A stretch of 64,000 nucleotides of DNA from Camelus dromedarius (taxonomy: Eukaryota). This document shows positions 34,217 through 47,420 of the stretch, one piece after another. The translations under genes and the position numbers were made by a program. Numbering within the stretch: the first letter of the stretch is position 1; every line of letters begins with the position of its first letter. Below the pieces are notes generated by a model. It was not told the origin of the DNA, did no database searches, and worked only from the letters and a program-made list of their open reading frames with translations. The stretch lies in the NCBI RefSeq assembly GCF_036321535.1, contig NC_087449.1, forward strand, positions 46,624,001 to 46,688,000, given 5' to 3'.

Positions 34217-35477
34217 CTGGGCCCCAGCCTCCCCAGACTGCCTGCAATGAGGCCCAGGAAACTTAGGTGTTCCCTCCTCCCGGAGCCCTAAGCCCCAAAT
34301 CCTGACATCCTTTCAAGGAGAACCACAGGTCCACTCTGACCCCCTGCTTGTCTTCCCACCCCTGGCCTCATTGGGAGGAGCTGAGGCCTGTCCTGGATTC
34401 TCATTCCTCTCCAGAAATGCCCTCTGCTACCTCTGGAGACTCTACGAGCTGCTCCAGACACTCCTCCTTCTCCAGTTGCTCCTCCGTGGCCTTCTGTTCT
34501 CACGGCTTCAGTTACCTTTGGAAGTGCCATGACTCCCAAATTCTGTCTCTAGCCCAAATACTTTTGCCCATCAGTTGCCCTACCTGGATGCCCTTCCCTC
34601 TCCTTTCTCCTTGGACTACTCCTCCAAGAAGCCCTCCCTGACTGCACAGCCCCAGGTAGCTTAGGGCCCCATCTCAGGGCTTCCCACGGCCATGAGCTTC
34701 CATGTGATCGTCAGACTGTATTGGAATAGTTGATTTTAACTAGACCTGCTCTAGGTGGAACGTCCCTGTTGAATGAATGAATCGGTCCCCACCAATGGAC
34801 ATTTTTAGGGGCTTGTGAGTGAGATATAACATGGATCAGCCCCTGACCCCCAGGAACTCACCAACTTGGCCTTAGTTACCAGCTGGTAAGTCTAGCACCA
34901 GCTGTGCAGCCTCTCATGATAGCAAAGGGGTCATAGGACAGGTTTCTGGGCCCAGTCTGCCCATTCCTGCCGTCCCCTTGCTGCCAAAATCTAGTTCAGT
35001 CTTTGCACCCTGACACTGAGTGCATGAGGGGTTGCACGGAAAGCTGCCTTTTCTCCACATACACAGCCCCACCCCTCCCCCAGACAGGAACACCAAGCAC
35101 CTCCCCAACCGCTGCATGGCTGACTGCCCTTCACCAGCCTCCCACCCCTGCCCTGAGTGGCTGCTCCCTGCTCCTGACATCACATACACTGGCCTTTCTA
35201 CCAACCCTTGTTTTACATTCAAGGATCATTGCTGAGACATGGCTGTGTGCCAGGTGCTATGTTTGGTGCTGGGCTACAGAGATGAAGAGAGAGTCAGAAG
35301 AAGCTGGCGGGTTCTCCCAGCCTGAGACAGACACACAGATGAGGGGCCCAGAGACACACTGATGTAAGAATGACCTTGAGGGGGAGCTCTAGCAGAAAGG
35401 ACTTGGGATTGATGAGTCCTGTCCAGAACAGCAACTCCCTGTCTAACGGGGGAGGCAGAGGATGTTAAGGTAGGGGA

Positions 35478-35770
35478 CATCTGTGTCTGGACTCCATACC
35501 CTGCACCTGGAGCTCATACACCCCTACATCTGGGTCCCACATCCTTACATCTGAAGCTTACACTCCTGCATCTAAGTCCAACCCCCACCACACTGAAGCC
35601 CACACCCCTGCATCTGGAGCGAATGCACCCCAGAGCTAATACACCCATACCCCTACATCTTGGTCCCGTAGCCCTATATCTGAGTCCTACACCCCTTCAC
35701 CTGAGTCTCACACCTCTGCACCTGGGCCCAATCACTGCACCTGGAATCTCACCTCTTTCAGATCTGGACA
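35478..35770. repeat. Degenerate minisatellite, about 21-bp unit, about 13 copies
   Basis: Units such as tacacccctacatctgggtcc, cacacccctgcatctggagcg, tacaccccttcacctgagtct, cacacctctgcacctgggccc. Confidence 0.8.
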
Positions 35771-37017
35771 GCTTCCCTGTTTCTTGGATGTATAATGAGA
35801 CATGCTGTACCCGTGAGGGGTGCCCTGTGAGAACAGAGACTGCAGCACAGCACCTGAACAACTCTGCCTTTTCCTGTCTGTGCGACGCCCCAGTTTCCCA
35901 TCTGTGCAGTGGGAGAACGGCCTTGCCTACCTCATAGGGCTGGCGCGCTGATTAACCCAACCGGTAGAGGTGCAGTGCCAGAACAGTGGCCGGCACCCAG
36001 AAAACCCTTTCTACGACTGCCTGTGATGTACATCAACTGCCTGCACACGCCTGGCACGGGGTGGGTACCCGCACAAAATGTCTTCCTCCCTTTTTCCCTA
36101 TTCCTATGCCTCTTCTCTCTGAGATGCAGGGAAGGGAGAGAAAGGAGGGGAGACAGACTACTTGCCAGAGAAAATCTCCTGTGGATGGATGTTGTCTTTG
36201 GGTTAAAAAGGCAAGCCCTGTGTCAGGCGCTGACTGTCAGGGAGGTGGGAAGTGTGGGCAGGGAGCGCCTTGGGAGGGTTTCTCATTAGCGCCCAGACAC
36301 AGCCTGTTAGCCTAATTCACTTCTAAGGTGCCCTTTATCAGCAGGTCACATGGGGCTGGAATTCATGGATGGTATATCCAAGAACCACGAACACCACAGG
36401 TCCACAGCCAGCACAATGCAGTCCCACACACACACACACTCTTACACACGCGCCACACTACATGCCCAGTGCTCCACACATGTGGGCAGTGCTGGACCCT
36501 GGGGGCCTAGTATGGTGCCTGGTACCCAGTTAAGCCTCCGTTTATGTTTCTTAAATGACTGATGTATGAATTACATGGACCCTGCAAAGACAGTCACATG
36601 TATCTCCCTCTACACTGTTCTTCTCCCAAACTAGTGCCAAGTACAGAAGAGAGGAGACCTATGAATGGATCGGGTACAAAATTGTGAGAAGTGCTGTAAG
36701 AGGCATATAACACAGAGGAGAGTGTCAATTTCTGCCAGAAAGAGACCCAGACAAGGTGACATTTAAGCTGGGTCTTGAAGGATGTGTAGGAGTTCACCAA
36801 GAGGAGAGTCCTTTGAAGCAAGGGGCACAGAGTGTGCAGAGGACCTCTGTGAAAGAAGATGTAAAAATTTTGGAGAGTCGACTGGAACAGGGTTGGGGGG
36901 GCACTTAAAAGCAAGGACATTCTGGACTGTGAAAGACTGAGCTAAGGGGTTTGGATTTATCTTGTGTGCAGAGGGAGGCCTCGGGGAAGAAAGGAGGCTG
37001 ACGTAGTCAGATTGGTA

Positions 37018-37652
37018 CAGTCCATTCTCATTCTTCATGGTAGTTATGTTCTGTAAATCACCACAGACACTGAATTAGCAAATCCTGNNNNNNNNNNNNN
37101 NNNNNNNNNNNNNNNNNNNNNNNNNNNNNNNNNNNNNNNNNNNNNNNNNNNNNNNNNNNNNNNNNNNNNNNNNNNNNNNNNNNNNNNNNNNNNNNNNNNN
37201 NNNNNNNNNNNNNNNNNNNNNNNNNNNNNNNNNNNNNNNNNNNNNNNNNNNNNNNNNNNNNNNNNNNNNNNNNNNNNCTAACACACGGATTTACTCCCTA
37301 AAGCCTGTCACAGCCTTTCTGCATTGGGAACACTAGACAGCACTTCAGCGCTGTGCTTGGGGGCCAGTTTAAACCGCAGCATCACCTTCCATGAGCACAA
37401 AAATGGGCAAGAGTGGCAATAAATCGACCTCAAATAGGACATTATTTTACAGTATCATCTGGAATGAGGCAAAGCATCCCCTTGTTCAACCTGCATATCA
37501 CATGACTCATGTTTCGCTGCTCTGTGCACGGGTGTGCATGTGTCCATGGATGACCGTGGAAGCATCGCCAAGTATTGATTTTGGGGTTAAATAAGTTTTA
37601 GGGACTAGGCGAACTCACACATATGGAATCTGTGAATAATGAGGACTGACTG
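37018..37652. mobile_element. TcMar-Tigger MITE (MER82-like) containing an assembly gap
   Basis: TA at 37016-37017, then CAGTCCATTCTCATT; right end GAATAATGAGGACTGACTG (imperfect TIRs); length about 635 bp. Confidence 0.7.
37088..37277. other. Assembly gap (190 N)
   Basis: N run inside a Tigger MITE. Confidence 1.
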
Positions 37653-39994
37653 TTTGGAAAGCTCCCTCCGTTCGAGAGAAGCGGTGTGCAAGACCAGTAA
37701 GAAAAATTTATTGCAATGATTTAGGCAAGAGATGAGCCAGAGGGATAGATTTGGGAAATAGGTGGCAAGTACCACTGGCAGTGTTTGGGGTCTGACTGGA
37801 TGCAGGGGAGGATGTGGGAGGAAGTGCTGGGATGGCTCCCAGGTTGCTAGTTTTGGCGATTTGGCAGGTGGTGGGTCTCCTGATGGAAGTAAGGAACACA
37901 GGAGGAAGGTAGGTTGTTTGTGGGGGAGGCGAAGGTGACAGGGAGTTTCTTCCCTGATGTTTGGCAGTTAATGAGTTCAATCGTCCATCTGCGGAATGGG
38001 AGGGTTTGAGGGGCAGCCACAGGGACTGTGCTGGCCTCAGGCAGTGATGGCTGGAGATGTGCTTTGGGGGTTGTCAAGAGCCACCAGAGGGAACGAGGTG
38101 ATCTTGGGAAAGCGTGCAGAGTGGGAGGAGATGAGGGTCCAGGCAGAGCTCTGGGGAGCACTGACATTTTAGGAAGCAGGCATGAAAGAGTTGCAGGTGG
38201 AGGAGAAAGCATGGCAGGCAGGGGAGAGGCTGGTCAGGTCCCCGGTGACTTTTGCCAGAGTGATTTCAGCAGAGTGATGGGGATAGAAGGCAGAGGACAG
38301 TGGGCAAGAAAGCGCAGATGATACCTTTTCAGGAAGCTCGCAAAGGATGGAGGAAGGTTGGCTGGGGGCAGAGGGATCATGGCCAAAGGAGGGTTTACTT
38401 TTCCTGGGGAGACGGGGTGAGACACAAGGAAGGAGACACTGGACCCACAAGTAGATCTGGCTTTACATCTGTCTTCCTCTCCCCTCCCTGCTCTGTGCTG
38501 TCGAGGTTCTCTGGGCTCTGCTTGGCTCTCTGGGTCCCTCCAAACCTCAGCCCGGGCCCTTCTGTCTCTCGTCATCTTTGACATGTTCTGGCTCAGCCTG
38601 ACCCCTGCCTCTTCTCCCTGTTACTGGGTGTGGGGTGGCTGGGAGTTGGACTCTTTTCTGGAGACCAGCCATCCCCCCAGGCTCCCTTCTGAATGCAGCA
38701 GGCAGAGGGCCATACAGGCACCAGGGCCTGATACCCCAGCAGTTAACCATCAAAACGACTGCTCCCAAAGGAGAGTAAACTTTGTCCTGGAGGAACAAGA
38801 AAGGCTGGCCTGTGGGGCCACGGTGGTGCCCATTCACTGTGCTCAGGAGAGGTGGGAAAGCTGGGGTAGTAATGCCAGCTTCATAGCTGGGCACCTCCGC
38901 TGGGCCAGATGCTCTATGTGCCTCACACACGTAACAGTTACTGCTCTCACCTTGCCCCTCTCTAATCAGTTGTTCACACACAGCAGTCGTCTCTGGAAAA
39001 TGCCAATCATGTTAAAACAAAAATGTGTTCCAGGTCTGCAACTAGGTCAGGTTCTGTGTTATCTGTTCCTTCAGCATGTGCTTCTCTGTATCCTCATCAC
39101 AATGGCATTCCTAGAGTCACAGGTGTGCTCGTGTGTTTCAGGTCCTCTCCTTGAGACTGTGATATTCAAGGGGACCAGGCCCAGAGGTTGGGCCACGGGA
39201 ATCATGCTCACTGCTCCAACTCCACCATTTGGCATAGCACCTGGCACACAGTAGGTGCTCTGTGAGTATCTGAAGATGAATGGATGAATGATTGCATTTA
39301 TCAAGAGTAAGGGAGCCAAGAGCACTGCCAAATTCTTGGGCAGAAGGATGTTGACATGATGTTGTTTTGACAGCCTGGGCTCTGGCCTGAATTCCCACCG
39401 CAGCTCTCCTGCCTACTGGCTGTGCAACCTTGCACAAGTTTCTTAGCCCCCCTGGGTCTCGGTTTCTTCACCTGGAAGTAGAGACCACTAGAGTACCTAC
39501 AGTAGTATCTCATAGGATGGGTGTGAGGCTCAGATGAATGCAAACATGTAAAACACGTATGCCTGGCACGTAAGAAACACACGATAAACGCCAGCGGCTG
39601 CCGTTCTCAGCTGGGACTGACATCAGAGTGGGGCTGACGTGAGGCTGCTGTCTGATTTCCGTCCCCCATTATTTGGTGATGTCTTTGGGAGAGCCCATCA
39701 GTAAACAGCCTCATGGGCCTGAGCTGTCCAATCCTTCAGCATCACTGGAAGGATAGGAGATGCCACTGGTTCCTGCCCTCCAGATGCTTATGGACTAGAG
39801 GGGAGCTGGGGAGGCCCAGCACACAGGTTCTGGGGGAAGAGCCGGGCCCAGCCTGCAGGAGAGCTTCCTCTGTAGCTGGTTTGTGTCTGTTTTGAGGCTG
39901 TAGCCAGAGAGCCTGCTCCTTTGCTGGAGAAGCTATGTTTTCTCCTGGAAACAGAGAGAGTTGTGAGTTCCTATCCCCAGTGGAGACTTTAGGC

Positions 39995-40117
39995 TTTTGG
40001 GTGTGTGTGTGTGTAGGGTAATTAAATTTATTTATTTTTTAATGGAGGTGCTGGGGCTTGAACCCAGGACTTTGTGCATGCTAAGCACATACTCTAACAC
40101 CAAGCCGTACCCTCCCC
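39995..40117 (-). mobile_element. vic-1-like SINE
   Basis: ggtaattaaatttatttatt...ggcttgaacccaggactttgtgcatgctaagcac...gtaccctcccc. Confidence 0.8.
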
Positions 40118-43100
40118 TCTTCAAGGTGCTTCTTTTGAGCATGAGGGGAGTGGTGGGATGGCAGGAGTCTTGGAAGGAGGGGCTGTGGGCGTGGCAGAGA
40201 AGCAGCAGAGCTGAGAAGAGGAGAGCAGTGTGCCAGAATCTGTAAGACCCGCGTTCAAACCTCTCCTGCTCCTGAGCCACGTGGCCTTGGTCAAACCATT
40301 TCTCCTTTCTGAGCCTTAGCGTCCTTTCTGTGGAATGGGGTGACAGCTGCTATGGTCAGTGACTGAGAGGACAAGTATGGTGAGTTACAGTTGGCGTGTC
40401 CAGCCCCTATTCCTTCACCTCCCTGCTCTGTAGACTGTCCCTCACCAGGTGGGTAGACATTCACTTTTATTTTCCAGGGGACCCCAGTGGGCACATAGCC
40501 ATGCTTTTCCCTGGGCCCAGAGACCCACCCCACCAGCTCTGCCTATGTTCCCATGCTCAGCCTGAGGGGGCTGGAGCTGGCCTGGCCTCCTTGGTCTCTT
40601 CCACTATTTCGGAGACTCTGGGTCATGGCAGCGGTGAGACTGCTGTCCTGAAGACTGAGGGCCCCATGCTTCCACGCCCCCTCACCCCTCCACCCAGGCC
40701 CACAGTGAGACTGAACTGGTGACCCAGTCACCGGTGCCCTGCTGTCTCTGGGCAGCGCGTCTTGATTCCCTGAGGGGCCTCCTTTGTAGAGCATTGAGAG
40801 GCTGATGTACAGTTCTTGCAGCTTTGGTCACTGGCCACCACATTCCCTGCTGCTGGCATTCCAAGGCCAGGGACCTCCCTTGGGCTCTGGCCTGGATGTT
40901 CAGCACCTCTGCTCAGTCATGGTCTAGTCTGGGGAGCACATGGCTTACTGCAAACAATTGGACAGATCTGGGTTTTAAACTTTGTTCCTTCTAGTGATCA
41001 GTACAGGCAGCAGGTGCTGTCAGAACCCACCCCACAGCTCCTTGGTCTGCTCCAGTTTGGGGATTGGGGGGACCTATGTAAAGCATGGTGACTTAAGGCA
41101 GGGACACCCCATGTCCAGTGGCCAGCACCTGCCACCCTGCTGGGGCTCTCTGGGCTTCTGGGGCCTCTCTGCCCGAGTACAGGGCAGGCTGGAAGTGCCA
41201 AGGAAGTGATGCCTCACTGGGGGCAGCCCTCAACCAATGACTGTTGGAAGTTAGGGCATAAATCCTCCAGCCTCCTCCCCGTGGGCTGAGATAACTATAA
41301 GGCCCATGTCCTAGTCTTTCCCTGAGGTCCCCAGCAAGGCTGAGCTCACGGAGGTAACCCACTCAATTACATACTCTTCACCAGCTTCCTTCCCTTCTCT
41401 GCCTCACCTCCCATTCCCACGCCCATATTTCCTGGGGTCACCTCCCAAACAGACAACTTGCCTGCAAATCCTTGTCTCAGGCTTGGCTTTTGGGGAAGCC
41501 CAGATGAAGACATCTCTTACTGAACCAGCAGCAGCCTCATTTCCCGTGCAGTTCTCCCATCCTCACACCAAGCAGCCACATCTCCCCACCAGCTCGCTCT
41601 CCTGTTGGCTGTTGACTGGCTCGGGGGATGAGACTGGCCCCAGATTGAGCTCACTGGTCACTCTTACCTTGCTCAGTTGATCAGCCCACTGTGACAACGT
41701 AACCCACGCTGATCGACCAAAGGTCCTTCTCTGGGACTTTTGAATGTGGGCAGGGACAGTGTCTGTCCGATGATAAACACTGAGAAGTGAGGCTCTGGGC
41801 CTGCTGGTGGAGTGCTGTTTGGAAATGCCGCTCTCCTGGAGGAGATGGTGACTCTGGGACCTAGAGGGAAGCAGAAACAAGAGAGGAGCAAATGAGTGCT
41901 TGGGAGGCTGTGCCTCCCTGGCTCCATTTATCTTTGGAACCCCGTGATGTGGTTTCCCCTCTACAACACCCCTTTGCCCAAGTCTGTTTAATTTAAATTT
42001 CAGTCGCTTGCAACCAAGAAGACTCTGTGTGACCTTGGGTTTGCCATTTAACAGAGCCTGCTGCATTGTAGGTGTCTGATAAGCATCTCTTGACTGACTT
42101 ACACCCTCTGAACCTTATTTTCCCCTCATTTACATGTTGGGGTCAATAATAACTACTTCATAGGTTGTTGGAAAGATAAATGAGACAAGGAGAGCCTGGG
42201 GACTTTGAAGTGTCAGACCCAAGCAAAGAGCTCCCTTCTGCCCGGAAGGCTGAGGAGGAGCTGGGGAGGGGAGGCCTCTTGGGCGAGGGGTGCCGAGCCC
42301 TGCCTGGGTCTGTGGCTGGACTGCTGGCCCTGAGGGCTGCGTGAAGATGATGGTGATGGGCGGAGGAGGGGAGGCGTCAATGCGAGTGACTTTTTTTTTT
42401 TTTTGAGAGAATCAATAAGCAGCACAGAGAAGGGAATTCATGTTTATTGACTCCCCATTATGAGCGAGCACTGGGTCCAACTCCTCGTGTATATCAGAGT
42501 ACAGACTAGCGACCTGGAGGCAAATATTTTGTTTGGCCTTTGTGGAGCTTAAAGAAACATTTCAATTAATTGCCAACATACACAAATCCGGAGATTCCAC
42601 GTGAAAACATGGTTGGGGGCTGCTCTTGAAAAATTAGAAGTCCTAGCAACATGGGGCCCATGTTCCCTGTGGCATCGATAGCTAGAATGACAGACAGCTC
42701 CCCTATTCTGATGGGACATCCGCTCTCCAATTTGTACTGGCCCCACCTGGCCTCTTCACTCATGGGTGGGGCTTGTCTGGCCTTTAGTCATCTGAGATGG
42801 TAATTCTGGACATTTTCACCCCATCTTCCCAACAGCCCTGCAAAGTGGGTACCATCAGCCCCATTTTACAGGTGATAAAACTGAGGGTCAGTGGTGAAGC
42901 GATCTGCTCCAGGTCACACAGTTATGAAACGATGGAGCTGGGATGGGTTCTCAGTTCTCACCGACCCCTAAAGTTTATTCTGCTGTCAAAAAACAAGGAG
43001 TGTTTGGCTTTAGGTAGAAGGAAGGAGGAGGAGGCGGAGAGGCTGGGCATCGGTGGTTGGGAAGAAGGGGTGCCAAGGAGATTGGGGTGAAGATGATATA

Positions 43101-46100
43101 GTCGGACCTGGGCACTACCAGTTGAAAGGGACCCCCAGGAGGACCAGATGAGGAAGCCTGCTCCCAGGTAACTTTTAGGACATGGACGCTGGTCCTGGTG
43201 GTCTGCGGTCAACAAGAAATGGGTGATTTTGGAAAATTAACTGAGGGGAGTGAGGCAAGAATGATGTCAGGCATCTTGTTGGGAGCCTGGGTGGCCAGTG
43301 CTTTGGGACGTCAGGAGGGGGAGGGTAGGGATGGGGGAAGCGGGTCTGGTAGGGTGAGAAATTGTGTTCAGCTTTGGAGGTACATGGGGAGATGTCGCGC
43401 AGAGAGTTGGCTGAACATGGATGGAACACAAGTGAGAGCTCCAGGCTGGAGCTAATGGTCTAGAGATTAAGCTGTGATGTCTGGGGTAGGCAAAGGGCCC
43501 AGGCCGGGGGTGTCAGGGCTGAAGTATTTGGTGGAGGTTGGAAGGATGCCCCCATTCACTTTCTCTGATATTCTACGAGGTAATGAGGCCCCCACCCCTC
43601 TTTACCCAGCAGGCTTCTCCATAATTGTCTTCTCTGGGGATGTTTGAGCGAAATGGATGAGTGAGAGGCAGGCAGGGAAGGAGGGAGGGAGAACTGGTTA
43701 TGGCTCCCCCTCGGCTCCAAGTGGATAATTACACAGCTCTCTGAGCCCCAGGACTGGGCCAGGCAGCAATCCATACAGACAGCCTCTCAAAATTAATGGG
43801 ACTCCAAGGGGTTTGAGATGGGGGGAGGACTAAGGCTGGGGGAGGCTGAGGTGAGATGAACTAGAGACAGGAAGACACTGTGTCTGAAAGATAGAGCCCG
43901 AGACGCACACAGGGTCTGAAAGAGAGATGGAGAGAGAAGGAGGATAAGAGCAAAGACACCGAAGCCCAAGGAGGTTAAGTCACCTGCTCAGAGTCACACA
44001 GTAGTGAAGCTGGGCTTTGGCCGGTCTGTCTGCTTCCAGAGCGCCTGGTCTTAACTCACTTTCTCGTGCGAACTTTGTCTTCTCTGGGAAGTCACCGGGA
44101 AACTGGCTTGTAGGAAACCCTGGCCAGAACCTGGGGAAGAGCACTGCCTTCTGGAAATGGTGACTGAGGAAAACGGAGCAGGCACAACTTGTCCCTCGAG
44201 GCTTGGCTCAGACTGGGACCCTCCCCTGCTGGAACAAGGGCGAGGCGTGCTTCCTCTATCTGGGTAATTGTCTCATTTTTTTCCATGTTAGATCCGCCCT
44301 CTGCCCCGTCCGCAGGCAGTGAGCTCCTTGAGGGCAGGGCTGGGCAGGGGACACCTCCATCCCAGTACAGAACCTCAGCAAATCTAAAGACGGAGCAGAA
44401 AAGAGGCATTAGCGAAGTTGGAGTCTGATACAGCTGGAGTTTGGTTTACAGACTTGAGTGAATGTTAATCTCTTGGTTTTGATAAATGTACCACGGTTAT
44501 GTAAGACATTAACAGGAAGGGAAGCTGGGGGGAGGGCACACGCGCGCTCTCTGAACTGCACTGGTAATTTTCACATTCTCTCCAAATAAGTTTATCAAAG
44601 AAAAATAGCAGAGCAGATTCCAGATGTTGGCTGGGGGCAGGGAAGGGGCCTGATAAAGGCTGGGCAGAGGTCAGGGCCCCAGAGGGGAGCTGGGCTGCAG
44701 AAAGTTGACACGGGTGTCCCACAGCCACATTTTCTCTTGGATGGGGGACAAAAGGGCACGAGGCACCTTGGGTACCCGAGTCAGGGCAGTGCAACTTGAT
44801 TAGCGCCCCACTGATCCAGTGTTACCAGGGCCCCAAACTAAGTCTAAACTGTGCTCACCCAGGATTCAGTTCACCAAGGAGGGGTCGGGGGAAGCACCAG
44901 AAATATCCTGACCATCTCTACCATTTACTTCACACCTAGTATGTGCTGGCAGCCTCCTAAGCTACTCCACATACAGTATCTATTTGAATTCTCACAGAAT
45001 TCCATTCTCTGGACTAGTCTGAGGCTCAGAGAGGTTAGGCAACTTGCCTAATGTCACACAGTACGTTCTGGCCAGAGCTCTTCTGACAGCCGGAGTGCGA
45101 GACTTTTCCAACCTTGTGCCATGCTGGGGACTTACCGTAGATGCAGCAGGGCTTGGGGTCTCCGAGGGCAGGAGCGCTGGACCACCGGCCTCCAGCAGCC
45201 TGGAACCCGGGAGGCACACAGTTGCGGTTGACTCCAGGCCCCTCTCCTAGGAGCTTGTCCGACCTCTTATCTTGGCTCATGTCTGTTTTGCTTCTCTGTC
45301 CTCTCTGACACCTGCTCCTGAAGGCTGTCTGTCCCAGCTACTTCGTGGTGATGCTCAGCTTCTGCTTTTGGCCTCTGTGCCTCCTGCTCTAAGTCAAGCT
45401 AAAAGGGCAACTGATGGGCCCAGCTCCTTGTCTTGTGAGCTGGCCACCCTGGGGTCCAGACAGCTGTGGCTGAGCTGCGGGGGGCGGGGAGAGGGTGGGC
45501 AGAATGCAGGCCAATATGGCTTAGGCTACGTTCTGCTGATGGACTGCTTGGCTTTGAATCCCTTGGCTTTGACTCCTGTGTGACTCTGGGGAAGTTACTT
45601 CACCATTCTGTGCTCTCAGTTCACCACTAGAGATAATAATGGTTCACTCTTCATGAAATTACTGTGAGGATTGAATGCACATAAACGTCGCAGGACAGTG
45701 CCTGGACTGGAGGAAGCACCTCTCCACCAATGATTATTATTATTCTTGTTATTACTGTTCCAGATTGTGGTGTATCTACTCAGCAGGGGCAGTCAGTGGG
45801 GTGAGCAGTGATGGACACGTGTGCTACACCCAGCCAGTCCACCAATTGTTGACGCCCATGCTCTCCCTCCTAACCTGTTTGTGATCCCGTGTGAAGGATT
45901 CATCCTAAGCAAAGCGAGAGTTCAGGCTTCCAGGTACAGGAGTGTGTGTGTGTGTGTAAAGTAAGTGTGACTCTCCCTCCATTGCTGTGGCTGAGACCTG
46001 GGGCCGTGGCCCTGCTTTGGCCTTTACGCCGTCACACTGGTGGAAGAAGGCTTCTCCCTGCTTCGGCAGAGCACGGGTGGTTGTATAGGTCAATGGTGGG

Positions 46101-46686
46101 GTTTCAGTGGAAAGTACGGACTGTGTCTGAGGATCAGGAATTTCCTAGGGTTGTAGGAGAACCTCACTGGATCTGGGTAAGTTAGCAAGTGGGCGATGAG
46201 AAAGGGAGGCAGTGATTTCAGTGGGGAGCTGCAAAGCTTGAACTCCTCCCGCCCCTATCTGTGGAACAGCTATCTCTGCCATCTCAGATTCCTATCTAGA
46301 AGTGTCTCTGGATCCCCAGCTGCTGGACGTGTTGGTGGAGATCAGAGTCGAGAGAAGACTGAGGAGGCTGGTTAGAGGATGGCTCAGGCCTTCAGATATC
46401 GGATGCAGCCAGGATGTAGGAGGAGGAAGAGAGGCCAGGAGGAGGCTGAATAATAATAGCAAACATTGTGCCAGATACTGTTCATTTAATCCCAGCAACA
46501 ACTTAATGGGGAGCTGTGATGAGCATCACCCCCATTTTACAGATGAGGAAACTGAGGCCAAAAGGGGTTAGGTAAATTTTTTCCCTGTTCACTTTGAACA
46601 TGCCAAGATTATCTCTACCCCAGGGCCTTTGCATTTGCTCTTTCCTGTCTGCAGGGCTCTGCCCTTAAATCTTCACGAGGCCAGTA

Positions 46687-47248
46687 TATTAGTGCTCTCT
46701 GTCCATGTAACAAATCACCCCCAAATTTAGCAGCTTAAAATTTGTTACCTCAAAGTTTCTGTGGTCAGGAATTCAAGAGCTACTGCAGGGCCACATTATG
46801 ACTTTTGCCTTTGTTGGCCCCTTCTTAAAAGAATATTAGAAATTGTATTTTGTGATTGTGTTGGTTAAAGATAGACACATTAATATGATACATTAAAATA
46901 TTTTCTTTGACCTAAAATTTGCTTTCTTTCTCTTAACCTAATGGAAACGAAAACATTTATGTGGGTCCCAAAAGTACTTGCGGTCCCTGGGCACTGTGCC
47001 AGCTGTGTCTACTGGACAGATTGGCTCAGAGCGGCTCAGCCGGGTAGTTCTTGCTCAGGGTCCCTCACATGGCTGCAGTGAGGATGCTGGCAGTGTTCGT
47101 CGTCACCCGAAGGCTTGACTGAGCCTGGAGGATCCTCCTCCAAGATGGTACACTCACATGGCCGTGGGCAGGAGGCCTCAGCTCCCAGCCATCTGGGCCT
47201 CTCCATGGGGCTCCTTGAGCATCTTCCTGACATGCAGCTGGCTTCCCC

Positions 47249-47283
<35 letters not shown>

Positions 47284-47420
47284 GCCCACAAGGCCTTCTA
47301 TGCCCTATCTTGGAAGTCACACATGGTCCACACATCACTATTTCTGCCACATTCTTTTCATTAGGAATGAGTCACTAAGTGCAGCCTGCAGGCACGGCGC
47401 TGGTGGAGAGGGAAATTAGA
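46687..47420 (-). mobile_element. MLT1 LTR interrupted by a hAT-like MITE (about 46786-47030) and a (GA)n tract
   Basis: tattag...gtaacaaatcacccccaaatttagcagcttaaa...caggaggcctcagctccc; insert begins cagggcc and ends near gggcactgtgcc...ttggctc. Confidence 0.7.
47250..47282. repeat. (AG)n microsatellite
   Basis: Directly visible. Confidence 0.95.

Noticed and set aside
38583-39254. 223-aa ATG-initiated ORF, the longest non-connexin one
   Set aside because: No recognisable homology; crosses MIR/L2-derived sequence; about one ORF of this length is expected by chance in six frames of 64 kb at this GC.
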